The translations under genes and the position numbers were made by a program. Under the pieces are notes generated by a model that searched no databases, was not told where the DNA came from, and was given only the letters and a program-made list of their open reading frames with translations. Positions 38,672-53,579 of a stretch of DNA of 64,000 nucleotides are shown here, one piece after another. Each line of letters begins with the position of its first letter. Positions within the stretch are counted from its first letter, which is position 1. Source of the stretch: Octopus vulgaris (Eukaryota); assembly GCA_951406725.2 (NCBI GenBank), contig OX597815.1, positions 96,286,001 through 96,350,000 of the forward strand. Direction: 5' to 3'.

Positions 38672-38675
<4 letters not shown>
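34991..38675 (-). mobile_element. Near full-length Dong/R4-clade RLE non-LTR retrotransposon in (TAA)n, inactivated
   Basis: In order: DENKLANVWRDILRNNRLT; NYRPITCLSTTYKILTS; GIFQGDSLSPLIFCIAL; YMDNL; CRFCNNMIETVDHLISGC..RHDRVGQYLHW; KPDIVV..LIDMSIP..KYKD. Many frameshifts and an RT deletion with a 22-bp duplication at about 36920-36965. (TAA)n on both sides. Confidence 0.95.
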
Positions 38676-38729
<54 letters not shown>

Positions 38730-38739
38730 ATTATTGACT

Positions 38740-40390
<1,651 letters not shown>

Positions 40391-41020
40391 CATTATTATT
40401 ATTACTGGTGTTTCTATAAAACAAACGTCGTTGTTCTACAGTTAATAACACTGTCCAGGATGTGTGAAAAGCAAACTGAAAATTATATATCAAAAGTAAA
40501 AGTCTCTTGCATGGCAAATGTCCCTCCGTGAAGCAGGATGGGTCTGGTCCTTATTATATTACACCTGCAAAAATTAGAAGCTGGTTTCGAAAAATCTGTA
40601 GAACCGTGGTGGAGAGTGGCTGCAGAAGCAAGCTTACTAGTATAGTATAGAGAATAGGTATGTATATAATATGGATGGTGAATGATGTTCCTTGGCAAGG
40701 AGCAATATTTTTAGAGGACAAAAAGTTAATTATACAATGACACTGGCTAATCCCATAGGAAATAGAGGGTATCTCCACAAGAGTGAAGAATGAAGAACAC
40801 GGATACATAAAACAAAAAGGGGAAATCGGGTGTCTAATAGATTATCAGGAGAGAAAGTAGCAGCACAGACGAATATTTTATTTTTCTGCAAAATGAAAGG
40901 AGATAATGGTGAAAGAAATGTGATTGTAACTACTGCCAGAAAGAGACTACAATCTTTGAGAGGAACAGAAAGAGAAAAACATTAGTTTGTAAAGAATTTA
41001 GAGGAAATGTTAACGAAAAT

Positions 41021-41083
<63 letters not shown>

Positions 41084-41224
41084 GTACCTCTACTGCTGCT
41101 GCTGCTATCCTGAGCATCATCATCATAGTCGTCGTTATTATTATTATTATTACAATTATTATTATTATCATTGTTATTGTTATTATTATTCCTATTATTA
41201 TTATTATTATTGTTATTATTATTA

Positions 41225-41313
<89 letters not shown>

Positions 41314-42953
41314 TTTCATTATTGTCATCAACACCATCAACAGAGTGATGGAGATAAAGACATGTCTGGGTTACTAGTATATACACCATTAACGTTTACT
41401 GCAATTCTTAATGTTATATAAAGTTATCTGTCTACTGCAACAACAACAGAACATATTCACATCCTGTTGTTGCAATAAAAAGTTTTTCTTAATTCTATTT
41501 TCCATTCAATCTTCAGTTAATTGTTAATCTTATTTGTCGTTGGCGTATTTCTTTAGTAACTTTTTCTCGTATTTGTTCAATTTAATCGATTTACAGCGAA
41601 TAAGGCATTTGTATTTTTTCTTGCGACTGAATTTTAAACAATACTTCAGTATTCCTTTGTTGTCCAGTTGTTCTGCTTAAATTATTTTCTTTGATTGTAG
41701 TCCAGTCAATATACTCATATCTCTGATAATAATTTAGGAAGTTTGGAAAATTTAATTGCAGTTGAGTCTTTGGTGATTATTTATGGGTGGAATCCAAGCT
41801 TAATGTTTTATTCTACAATCTACAATAAATCAAAGAATCATTGTTGCCAATCCAACAAATAGAAATACTTATTAGCATTATATATAAACTGGCATTTGGA
41901 ATGCCTTTACTACAACTTGTTTTAAAAAAACCTTCTCTAAATATCTGATCAGTTTAAGAAGACTTATATAATTTTTACACTGCCATTCAGAACAATTATT
42001 TTCACTACTACAAAACTGAACAGAAGTTATCTAAGATATCTGTACAAATTCAAATGCGCGTCAGTTTTAAATATATAAAAATAGAATTGAAATGATACAA
42101 TATATTAACATACGTTTTAGAGAAGCTGATAAAATATTGCTGTCCTCTGTGTGAATAAAACTACCAAATAGGTCAAAATCAAAATATCATTTGCAAGGAG
42201 ATATCATTTCACAGAGTTCGTGTAGAGGTATACATAAAATAGAATTTTCACTCCGAAATCATTGGATTTTGTTTACGTAAACTTGCTTAAATACATCTGT
42301 ATAAACATTGGGCATTTTGGTTGATATATTTGATTATGGAACAATACTTTTGCACATGCTCATGGATGCAAACCACTCTAAAGTGAAACGTAGCGTGTTA
42401 TTCGTCATTGATTGCCCTTTTTATCAGTAGCCGTGTGTTTTTGCGCTGACAAGATCTCGTATCTCTCATCTCGCATGCATAACATTCAAATAATTTGCAA
42501 TCACTATCATGTCGATTTAGGCATGCACAGGTCATGCATTGGGTTCATTGCATGTTGATATGGAATGATGCTAGTTTTCTTTGGAAAGTGTTGAGTTTAC
42601 TTCAACCAATGAAGGCATTTTGAATTTACAGGAACAGAACATGTGGACGTGACGCGGCCAAGTTCATATTATCAAAGTAGCTTGGTTACGCCCTCTTGAC
42701 TATATTTTTTAGTTACCATTGTCTGTCATTATTACTGTGCTGGTTATGTCAGAGTTTCCATTCATTTGAGTAATTCTAGGATTTATTTTCAATTTTTCCC
42801 CTCTTTTAAACAACGGATATGTTTTCTTTTCATTTGAAATTTCGTATTTTTGCAGATGATATCTTTTATTTATTTTCATTACTACAGTTATATATTTAAG
42901 AGATGAGGAATTATGTACGTTATTTACATATAATAATAATGATGATAATAATG

Positions 42954-43030
<77 letters not shown>

Positions 43031-43032
<2 letters not shown>

Positions 43033-43880
43033 CCCTTCATGGTAAATACTGGACTAAACTAAACGCAAAAGAAATAGACAAAGAAAAATCCCAGCAATGG
43101 TTGAGAAGCTGAGGACTCAAAGCAGAAACAGAGGGATTTTTAATTGCAGCACAAGACCAAAGCCTCCCCACCAGAAATTACCAAAAACATGTAATGAAAA
43201 TAAATATTACAAGTAACTGCAGAATATGTGGAGATGGACAAGAAACAATAAATCATATTATCTCTAGCTGCCCAGTCCTGGCTAAGAAGGAATATATTCA
43301 CAGACATGACAGAGTTGGAACCTACATACACTGGAAGCTATGCCAACATTATGGAATAACAACAGAAAAAAGATGGTATAGGCACACACCAGAAAAGGTC
43401 ACAGAAAACGAGAAAGCAACCATACTCTGGGATATGCCCATACACACAGACAGAGAAATTAAGACCAACAGACCAGATATAGTTGTCAGAGACCATGAAG
43501 AAAAAAATGCTTTCTAATTGATGTATCAATACCGGCTGATGACAACGTGTCTCTAAAAGAAATGGAGAAACTCTCAAAATACAAAGACCTGGAAATAGAG
43601 GTAACTAGAATGTGGAATCTGAAAACAGAAACAATTCCTATCATAGTAGGTGCATTAGGCATGATAAAAAAATATTCAGACAAATACATAACAAAAACAC
43701 CAGGACTTACAAACACATATAACATACAGAAAATTACACTACTAGGCACTGCACACATCCTACGCAGAACACTTTCCATACAATAACCATCAGAGCATCA
43801 CAACAAATCACAGCACATACCCACGGCACACAGAGCTACGCTCGGTAGTGAAGTGAGAGCACGCTATAAAAATAAAACTA

Positions 43881-43883
<3 letters not shown>
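43031..43883 (+). mobile_element. 5'-truncated young Dong/R4-like LINE (CCHC, RLE, 3' UTR)
   Basis: PLHGKYW..CRICGDGQETINHIISSC..RHDRVG..NRPDIVV..KYKDLEIEV. (AAT)n on both sides. Confidence 0.95.
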
Positions 43884-43952
<69 letters not shown>

Positions 43953-43953
<1 letters not shown>

Positions 43954-44524
43954 GCCCTGGTGCAGTACCAGGCAGTGGCTCCCATGGCTTCTGATCTTAA
44001 TTGATTGGAAGTGTTATCATGTACATTGTTTTGTCTTGGTATAACAGATGGGCTACATCAAATATTCTGCTCAATGCCACAGATTTGCTTGTAAGTTGTT
44101 TGACCATAACCAGTTGAGCATATCCCTTAATGCCTGACGATATGTGCATCTCTGATCATGAGCAGAATTAGTGGAGGAGCATCATAACCATGTGTGGAGA
44201 GGGATTCTTTGGGGTTTGAATAATTCACCTTTAGAAACACGGGTGTTTCCTTCAACATCCTTAAACAACCCTTATTCGGGGACCATTTGAGTGGGATGGG
44301 TTACTTGATTAGAAGAAAATTCTAACTGGGCCCCACCTGTAAGGCCATGTGCTGTCTATCTTGATATGAGATCACCATGTCGCACACATACATTTATCGC
44401 GCACATATATTTGTAAGGCATGTGCCTAGTGTACCCTTATCAGACAGGTATTTATGGTGAGCATTCTGGGCTTCGTATATTTTACCCCAGTGTCACTGCG
44501 ATAGTATACTCTGCTCTCTCACTC
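43953..44524. mobile_element. Unclassified non-coding ~570-bp element inserted in (AAT)n
   Basis: Sharply bounded by (AAT)n on both sides. Its last 12 bp recur alone in an (AAT)n tract at 4038-4049. Confidence 0.6.
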
Positions 44525-44546
44525 AATAATAATAATAATAATAATG

Positions 44547-44835
<289 letters not shown>

Positions 44836-46163
44836 TTCATTGCTGTTGTTTTCTTCTTTTAAATTAATTTTCTATGGTGTCGGTTTTGATGGAAGCTACG
44901 GGGACATTATTGCTTGAAATTCGTGTTTAGGTTCGAAAATGTTGGAGGAAACCACAGCAATTCCTTCAAAGAAACATTTAGAATTATTCTTAACTCAGAC
45001 GTCTAACATTAATTCGTGTCCCAGAAAGAGACCCACTAAAGGAATTCAAATAATAAACATTGATAAAATAATTGACACGGATTAGAACTATCAACCAGAA
45101 GTCGGGAACATACATAAAATTCCAAAAATAGCTTGAATACCTAATTTCACGTTAAAAGTTTCATCCGACTCGAAAAGTTTAGTGGATTGCACTATTTTCT
45201 TACATACTAGAAGCTTGGCTGAAGCTAGTGCTTTCAGAAGTTATCTAAATGATGTAGCCATGCTGCTGTCACATTCGTAATCACTTATCAGATAGATGAT
45301 GCAACTTTCTTGGAATTATTTTACCCGACTGTGTTTGAAAATTAAGTATATGCATTGTGCTTTTTTTTAAAGATTAATAGCAGGAAAATTGAATATGTTT
45401 TTCATCACAGAGTGACTCAGCCAATTTGAACATGTTAAATTCAGATAGGTTCTTCGGTTGTGTATGTTCTTGTCTTATGTTGAACAATTTAATAATGCAT
45501 TGGAGTTTTCCTGTTACTAATCTCTTTCTAATTGCATATTTATATAGTTTAATATTTCTGATTATAGTTATATAGTTTAATCTCCAGAAAACAAGGCGTC
45601 TGCAGATTATTGAGACTTCAACTATAATAGCAATTTCTCACAGTTTTGACTATATGGTTAGTCACTATATGGTTATATTATTACTATGACTTCATTCGAA
45701 GTATATAATGCTGAGTCCGAAGTTTGGGATGTAAATGCACCTGGTAAAATTCTGTAATTTGAACACCGAAAGGTTAATATTGTTATGCATCGGAAATGAT
45801 ATCTTTGACAACTAATTTTGAAGTATACTATAGTGACATATGTTTTTCGTCTTTTATAACCATCTTTAAAATTACAGAGCTATTTCTTGCTATTCATTTA
45901 TCTAAAAAGACAATAGCAATCATATAGTAATTTTCTAATTATATGAGACGTCACCAGTCTTCTTCCTGTTAGTAAGTATAGATAGCAAAGTCTCTTTTCC
46001 AGTCTCTATCAAAAGATACTCGGTCATTTTCTAGTTTCATTTACAAGTCTACTAAAGTTACCATCTAATTCAATAGATTATATATACATCGTGTAAATAT
46101 ATTGAATTTTGTAGACGTACAGACATGCGTATGTGTGTATGTATGTATGTGTGTATGTGTACA

Positions 46164-46216
<53 letters not shown>

Positions 46217-46228
46217 AGAGAGAGAAAT

Positions 46229-46271
<43 letters not shown>

Positions 46272-46890
46272 CATATAGATGTAACTGTCTATCTATTTGA
46301 CAATATGTGTCTATGCGTATATACGGTTATATATATATTTGTGTATGAATTCAAATTACGATCATTGTATAATATTTCGTGAATCACATTTTCTGTCGCA
46401 AATTTTATCTTTATGGTATACATTGACGCCATCTTATATTTGCAAATAAATTTTGTATATCTATTTATCTATCTATCTATCTATCTCTCTCTCTTTCGCT
46501 CTCGCTCTTCTTCTCTCTTTCTCCTTCTCTCTCTTCTTATATTCACTGCTTCCAACATTAACTCGAAATCGCCCGAAGAAATGAACGCATGAATATGACC
46601 CACTCGATATCCATGGATATTACGTACTGTACTGTAATCATCCCAGGAAAACGGAATATGAACTAAAGGAACATGTGAAATGTGGAAACGGGTGTAACGA
46701 TGCATTGAAATATTTATAAATTCCATTCATGGTTTATTATTATCGTTACACTACTAATCCTGTATTGTATCGGCACAGCTCGGTACAAATCCTAAAACTG
46801 ATATTGACGATTAATATGTAACGGGCACATGCATATACAAACTTACATATATATATATATAAACATACAAACATACATGCATACATACAT

Positions 46891-46944
<54 letters not shown>

Positions 46945-46949
46945 GTATG

Positions 46950-46992
<43 letters not shown>

Positions 46993-46994
46993 TC

Positions 46995-47695
46995 TAAAAT
47001 GATAATTATATATATAAATTATATAAGGGAACAGGTAAACATCCTGCTTCAACATATTGTAAGAATACACCAAAAAACGTTGTAAAACCACCTGTTGTTC
47101 CTGCAAATATACGGGTTGTATAGGAGCAAATGAAAAATAGAAATTCCATAGTCAATTGTGTATTGGTCCAATTTCGAGATTAAAGCAGTAAAATAGCTTA
47201 TTTCTCATCCTCAGCACAATATTCAAAGAAAACACAGTCACGAATATTTCTACATACGCCCACGAAACAAATTCGTACGATCATGTGAAAATATCCGCAC
47301 TTATGCTTGAAAATAAAGTCAAATATTTACTTTTCATTTGAGCCGTTTATTTTAAAATCCGAAATAACCTCAAAGCAAAGCAATTCCGATCCGGAGCATA
47401 AAAATTTAATTTATTCATATAAACAAGGATAAAATCATGTAAATGATAAAAGTAAGTGACCAACGTGCTATAAAACATTGTGGTTAAATTATACTCAAAT
47501 AATAATTATATATATAAATTATATAATTATATAAGGAAACAGAAAACTTCTGCTCCAACATGTTGTAAGAATACGCCAAAAACGTTATAAATACGGGTTG
47601 TCGACAAGCATATGTAAAATACTAAATAAAACTCAACAGTAAATTGTGTATTGGACCAGTTTCGAGATTAAAGCAGTAAAATGATGTTATCCTTG

Positions 47696-47700
<5 letters not shown>
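46995..47700 (-). mobile_element. ~490-bp hammerhead-containing unit present as about 1.4 tandem copies
   Basis: ~46995-47208 is repeated, with divergence, at ~47500-47700. (TA)n on both sides. Confidence 0.8.
47155..47220 (-). ncRNA. Type I hammerhead ribozyme motif, apparently intact
   Basis: ATTGTG-CTGAGGA-T-GAGA..TCTC-GAAA-TTGGACCAA-TA-CACAAT with an AUA cleavage triplet. A truncated second copy lies at 47643-47700. Confidence 0.8.
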
Positions 47701-47750
<50 letters not shown>

Positions 47751-47755
<5 letters not shown>

Positions 47756-48010
47756 TGCAGCGTGGATGGTGTTTATAAGCCATTTAAGAAACACACAAAA
47801 GCCGTTCGATTCACTTCAGCATTTAAGTTTAATTTGTCAAAATATTTTCGTCGCTAAAATCCGCGACCTGTTCACTGACAAAGTCCGTGCTGCATCACGG
47901 ATTTTAGCGACGAAAATATTTTGACAAATTAAACTTAAATGTTGAAGTGAATCGAACGGCTTTTGTGTGTTTCTTAAATGGCTTATAAACACCTTCCACG
48001 ATGCAATTGT
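47751..48010. repeat. 116-bp near-perfect inverted repeat with 28-bp spacer (Penelope inverted pLTR-like)
   Basis: Arms at 47751-47866 and 47895-48010. The element continues to about 48068 and is flanked by (TA)n. Confidence 0.92.
47833..47882 (-). ncRNA. Hammerhead motif, G3:C8 core variant
   Basis: TTTGTCA-GTGAACA-G-GTCGC-GGATTTTA-GCGAC-GAAAATATTT-TGACAAA. Confidence 0.7.
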
Positions 48011-48126
48011 TTTCGTTTCAGCACACGATCTCAGATCAAATTACTTGCTATGCGAGTACATCTCCGTAATATATATATATATATATATCCTTAAATCCTT
48101 AAAAATGTTTTAGCTCGAAGGCCGCA

Positions 48127-48164
<38 letters not shown>

Positions 48165-48167
<3 letters not shown>

Positions 48168-48320
48168 AGAGTTTACAAAAAAGACAAAAGACGAAGACAG
48201 GTGGTGTACAAAACAAACAGATATATTAGTATAACGCTCAGAAATAGAAAAAAGTATTTTACGTTTCGAGCCTACTCTTTTCTACACGAAGGGACACAGA
48301 AAAAACAAGGAGAGAAAAAA
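48165..48320 (-). mobile_element. Solo Penelope pLTR-like copy (33060-33240 family), decayed
   Basis: gacaaaagacgaagacaggtgg..acgctcagaaa..acgtttcgagccta. Confidence 0.8.
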
Positions 48321-48390
48321 GGAGTGAAACAAATATATATAACAAATATATATGAAAGATGGTATAAAAATGCAATTTTAAAGATGTTTA

Positions 48391-48438
48391 TTCACATTAC
48401 CGGTTTCACTTTTTTAGAATAAGATTGTCAAAAGTAAA
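48391..48438 (-). ncRNA. Hammerhead motif, U3:A8 variant, slightly decayed
   Basis: TTTACTT-TTGACAA-TCTT..AAGT-GAAAC-CG-GTA-ATGTGAA. Confidence 0.55.
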
Positions 48439-48495
48439 GTCCAAATCTTTGTATGAGCTTCATTGTGTTAATCAACTTTTTTTCAAAAACAAGGC

Positions 48496-48582
48496 TTCTT
48501 CTTCTTCTTCTTCTTCTTCTTCTTCTTCTTCTTCTTCTTCTTCTTCTTCTTCTTCTTCTTCTTCTTCTTCTTCTTCTTCTTC
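48496..48582. repeat. (CTT)n microsatellite
   Basis: Read directly from the sequence. Confidence 0.98.
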
Positions 48583-49280
48583 GTCTCTCGCTGCTGCTGC
48601 CGCTCCTAATTTTTATTGTATATTTTATGTGTGTTGGTCAACTGTTCTAGGATCTTTAATATTACTTTCCGTTTGCTGTCCCATATCAATATAATCCATC
48701 TCATTCGCTCTGAGAAAACATCGGACTTCTTATAGATTCACTCCTTCTCTCCACCATCTCTCCGTTCGCCTATATCTATGACTTCTCAGGGTTCAGCAAA
48801 TTCCGTAAGTCAGTAATTTTCTTATTTTTCTCCTGCGTTTTGTTTATCCTCTCCATATCTTAAGGTCTAATATGCTACAGGCTCCATTAATATATCTAAC
48901 TATCGAGTCCATTTCGTCCACACAACTTAGTATTCTACATTATTATATAATATATTGGTGTCCAACTTGGCCACGCATTTCTATATTACATATATATAAA
49001 CCTTTTGTTTACTCTTCGAACATAACATTTTATTTTGAAACCGGAAAGAATCATTACTAATCAGGTGATATCATCTGCATACAAAGCTCCTCACACACTC
49101 ATGCACAGTCCTGCGTTTGTTTTTCCACGCACTCAGTTCTTGCTATATGTTTATATATCATTACGTATAAGAGTGTTTCGTATATGTAAACCTAATGAAT
49201 AATGACATCTGCGAAATTCTTTGTGGGTTAGCATGTAATATATATTTGCAACTATTCATCCAGTATACATATATCCTAAA

Positions 49281-50008
49281 CTAGCAGTATAGCCCGGCGT
49301 TGTTCGGGTTTGTTTTTAGTTGTGCTTAAAACAGCAGACTTTGATGTCGCATTAAGAAAGTTTTGACATAGTTTCAATCTATTAATAACAGTATAGTGGG
49401 GCGATACTCGAGTTTGCTCTGAATGTGCTGCAAATGTGTAATGCCGACTTGTTGGTATTGTTGTATAATATTCCTTCTATTAACATAATGGAGAAAAAAA
49501 TTACCCGTAGATTTAAAGACAAATGAAGCTCAAGTTTCGAACTGCACTGAAAATCTATTAAAAAGTTAGCACTGCAATAGTATTCATGAAGAAAAAGTAC
49601 AGGAAAATCCATTGTTTACTCAAAACCACTAACATCACAAAAAATTCGTTTCGACCCTTTACAATTGGAATTTTTGAAAAGTAAAAGTTTTGCATTATGT
49701 AGTTTGTTATTTCTTTAAGTGAACAGTGTTCTGGTAGAAATACACCGGAAAAGGGCGATACTGATTTATACAATCGTAAAAAAATAAGGATTTTCATAGG
49801 AAAAATGCACCTTTTGATGTAAATAATCTTTGGTCATAACATGGTCTGATTTGAATTTTTCTTCTACGGAATGAGGAGCAAGGCATCATCTATCATACTC
49901 TCAATTTTGTTCAACTGCGCCGCAGGTTCTCGGAGGAGATAGCGTTAGTTGAAGGCTACCAAACCTGCCACACACACACACATACAACTTCAGATTTATA
50001 TATACAGA
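49281..50008 (-). mobile_element. Non-autonomous Helitron
   Basis: On the minus strand: 5' TCTGTATATA at 50008, subterminal GC hairpin (plus-strand cccggcgttgttcggg) and 3' CTAG at 49281. Inserted between A and T. Confidence 0.8.
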
Positions 50009-50805
50009 TTAACATTATTAAGTTGGTTGTATTCTATAATCGTTGTTTAACTTAATGCATGACTGATTTCGGACAACTAAAACCGAGTTATCAGAATCGT
50101 AATCAAGAGGGCATATCTTCCCCAAAATACAGATTCAGCTTCTACATTTGCTATTTCACACTCTTCCATATAGTTCCTTAATCTACCAGGTATAGTTTTC
50201 CTTCCCCTCCCTGCTCTGCTTGTCTCTCTACTTATTCTATCATTTCAACCAAATGTTTTTTTCAACATTCATGTAATATATCTATATATATATATTCTTC
50301 CCACTTTTGTAGATTCTTTCCACTACGCACATGCAGTAGCCTCAAATAGAAACAAGTAAAAGTTCTCCAGTCCACATTACATTAATCCATACGATGCTAC
50401 TTCAATGCGAATCAGGAACTGATTTATACTCTACCAACAAAATCGATACAACCACGTGAGCGCTATGTAAGGCGAGAAACTTACCCTATTACAGCACCAA
50501 ACACCGCAGATGCTTCGAAATGACTTTCAGTCTCTCCCTTGAAACTCTGTATGTATGTATGTATATATGAATGCATATATGTGTGTATGTATGTATGTAT
50601 GTATGTATGTATGTATGTATGCATGTATGTATGTATGTATGTATGGATGTATGTATGTATGTATGTATGTATGAATGTATGTATGTATGTATGTGTATGT
50701 ATGAAAACATTTATCTATCTATTTATCTATCTATCTGCGTATATATATATATATATGTATATTAAATAAATATACGTATTAGGTGTATGCATAGATGCAA
50801 TTGTT

Positions 50806-51000
50806 GTTTGTTTCAGTCATCTGACTGCAGCCATGCTAGAACACCACATTAAAGGATGTTAGTCGAAGAAACCGACCCTAGGACTTATTCTTTGTGTGCC
50901 TAGTATGTATTCTATCGGAACAGTTTGCCGAACCGCTAGGTTCCGGTGACATAAACGCACCTGCATCGGCTATCAAGCGATGGCGAAGAGACAAACACCC
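50806..51000 (-). mobile_element. SINE 3' half
   Basis: tgtttcagtcatctgactgcagccatgct..ggacttattctttg..tttgccgaaccgctagg matches 305-490. Confidence 0.85.
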
Positions 51001-51043
51001 CCACAACTCCACGCACATGTATTTACCTGTGTTTTTACTGTGC

Positions 51044-51098
<55 letters not shown>

Positions 51099-51099
<1 letters not shown>

Positions 51100-51213
51100 T
51101 AGCAGTATAACCCGGACTTGCCCGGGATTAAGTTACGATTATTAAGCTAATCATTATTTCAAACCAAACTAAGTAATATCGACGTCAAATTTGGGCAAAA
51201 TCCGTTGAAATTG

Positions 51214-51256
<43 letters not shown>

Positions 51257-52209
51257 TATATATATATATATATAATATAATATAATATAAATATATATAG
51301 GCAACAGACACGAACACGTGCACCTATTGCATGTTTTGTGCATGCATACATGTTCATGAACAGAAATGAATGGAAAAAATGTTGTTAAATTTGTAGATTA
51401 ACACTTGTACGATTTTCACTAAGAAAAATAATCGTTTTTCTTTTGCGTGGAATCAACTACTATGGCCTCCTAATATGCTGCAAAACCCTCTTTGTGGTCC
51501 GTGAAACGGAGTGGGTGTGGTGGAAGCCTCGGAATTTGTATACATTTATATTGTGCAATTCACTGACAAATTGCTACTCACTTCTTTGTTTCTTTGTTGT
51601 TAAATAAATGGATTGTCACCAAAACACTTTTTTACTCGGCGTAAAATAAAAACAAAATTCTTTCGCACCCAAAGTAATGTGTGTGTGAGAGAGAGGGGAG
51701 AAAGATGAACGATTTAAAATAAATAAATGATTTAAAATAAATATATTGCAATTGTTGTGTGAGAAAGTATATATATTATGATTATAAAATATAGTGTCTT
51801 TCAAAAACATCCCGAATTGAACACTATATCTCGTGTTTAAGAAAAGACTAAACAATTTACATTTTATATTTTATGAACGTCAGCACTTACTCTCTGTCCC
51901 TCTCTCATTTTGTCTTTCCCGTGAAACTCTCTGCCTCTCTTCTTCCACTTTTCTTTCTTTTTTTTTTTTTGTTACACGCCATCAAAAAGCTATGGCTGAA
52001 AATAGATTTTTACCGCTAAAAGTTATGGCTGAAAATGGATTTTTACCGCTATCCGCGGGTGCCTCGGGAAAAAAATAAGTTGATAAAACCCAGATAGGAT
52101 GTTGACGAATCTCCTAAAATTTGAGCGACATGCGTGCTAATTTGCGGATGTGCATAAACTACAATCACATACACACACACACACATCTTACCGTATATAT
52201 ACACACAGA
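51099..52209 (-). mobile_element. Non-autonomous Helitron
   Basis: Plus strand a|ctagcagtataacccggacttgcccggg gives the 3' CTAG and hairpin. The likely 5' TC end is at 52209. Confidence 0.7.
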
Positions 52210-52232
52210 TATATATAAATATATATATATTC

Positions 52233-52350
52233 ACAACCACATGGTTCTGGGTTCAGTACTATTGTGTGACACCTTGGGAAAGTGTCTTCTTCTATAGACT
52301 CGGGCCGACCAAATACTTGTGAGTATATCTGTTTGACGCAAACCGTAAGA
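52233..52350 (+). mobile_element. SINE head/CORE fragment
   Basis: caaccacatggttctgggttcagt..ccttgggaaagtgtcttct..cgggccgaccaaa..agaagcccgtc. Confidence 0.85.
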
Positions 52351-52439
52351 AGCCCGTCTTATATATGTATATATATAATTATAGTATATTCTGTTAAGAA
52401 CATAGTAGAATACAGTATAAAGCTCGCTCGTCCACTTTC

Positions 52440-52900
52440 ACATTTAAACTGTGCTTTCCAGTAGTAGTATTGTATGTATTTCCAGGTTTGCGTTTGGGCA
52501 TATGTTGTGTGTGAATAGATAATTGAAAAATTTGGAGTCAACAAGAAGGGTACTGTCGGACATTTATTTTTTAATCACTACAATTGTTTGCACACAATGT
52601 AGTTCTCCAGATGTGCAGGTTCTTGATCGAGAAACTATTTCCCTGCATTGTTGTATTTCCTCAGGTTGAGATCTAGTTGTGTTTCCTCAGGTGATATGTA
52701 AATATTGACTCTGTAAATTTAAAATCCTCGGCTTCAAGAAAATTCTATCTCTCTGTCGTGGCCTTAATTTAGTAGTAGTCACAAAGCCTATTAGGGTATG
52801 TTGTTGGTGAAGGGCCGTTGGCAAACTGCTTTGAATGCGTAAATGTAGTGGGATGGTGATTCTCGTACTCTTAAAGTGGTTGCCGTTTTAAAGAGATTGG
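52440..52900 (-). mobile_element. Probable Penelope-like 3' remnant with a decayed hammerhead at 52574-52695
   Basis: ATCAC-CTGAGGA-AACACAA..(long insert)..TTGTGT-GCAAAC-AATT-GTA-GTGAT. The upstream coding similarity is weak. Confidence 0.5.
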
Positions 52901-53453
52901 TATTTTATTTCTTTGTACTGTTGATTTGTTCTTCATGGTTGGTTACACATATGATTCTCCTTTGCTGGCGTTCAAGATTCTACACTCTGACACATACACA
53001 CATATATGCGCGCGTGCACACACACACACATATATACATTCACATACATACACATATATAAAATCTACACGCACATATACATACGGATATATACATACGC
53101 TCACATATACGGATATGTACGCGCACTCACGTACATATATATAAGCACACCTACACTCGCTCGCATATACATACACAGATGCTCTCAAGTGCATACACAC
53201 ACTTACACACATGTATACATATCTACTTACACACACACACACGCACTCCCACTCACACCATGCATATAAATATATATATTCAATCACAAAGGAAAAAAGT
53301 GTAGCTTATTAGCAATTAAATAAAGGCGATTTTATAGAGGTCAAAAAAAGTGACAGATGGTACTGACTAGCACAGTTTTTGTTAAAATAACTCAAAGCCA
53401 CAAGAGCACTGAACTTAATGACCGATAAAGAGAGGTAAGTCCCCAGCGTGCAT

Positions 53454-53509
53454 AGCCGGATCGCAATTTCAGATTTTGATGCAGGCCATCTTAATCTTCA
53501 TCAGCGACT
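53454..53509 (-). ncRNA. Type I hammerhead ribozyme motif, apparently intact
   Basis: AGTCG-CTGATGA-AGATT-AA-GATG-GCCTG-CATC-AA-AATCT-GAAAT-TGCG-ATC-CGGCT with an AUC cleavage triplet. Confidence 0.82.
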
Positions 53510-53579
53510 CTTAAAGCCCAGATTTAAACACAGGTGCCTCTATCAGTCTTACAAGAAAAACCGTTGAAAACGTGCTGTT

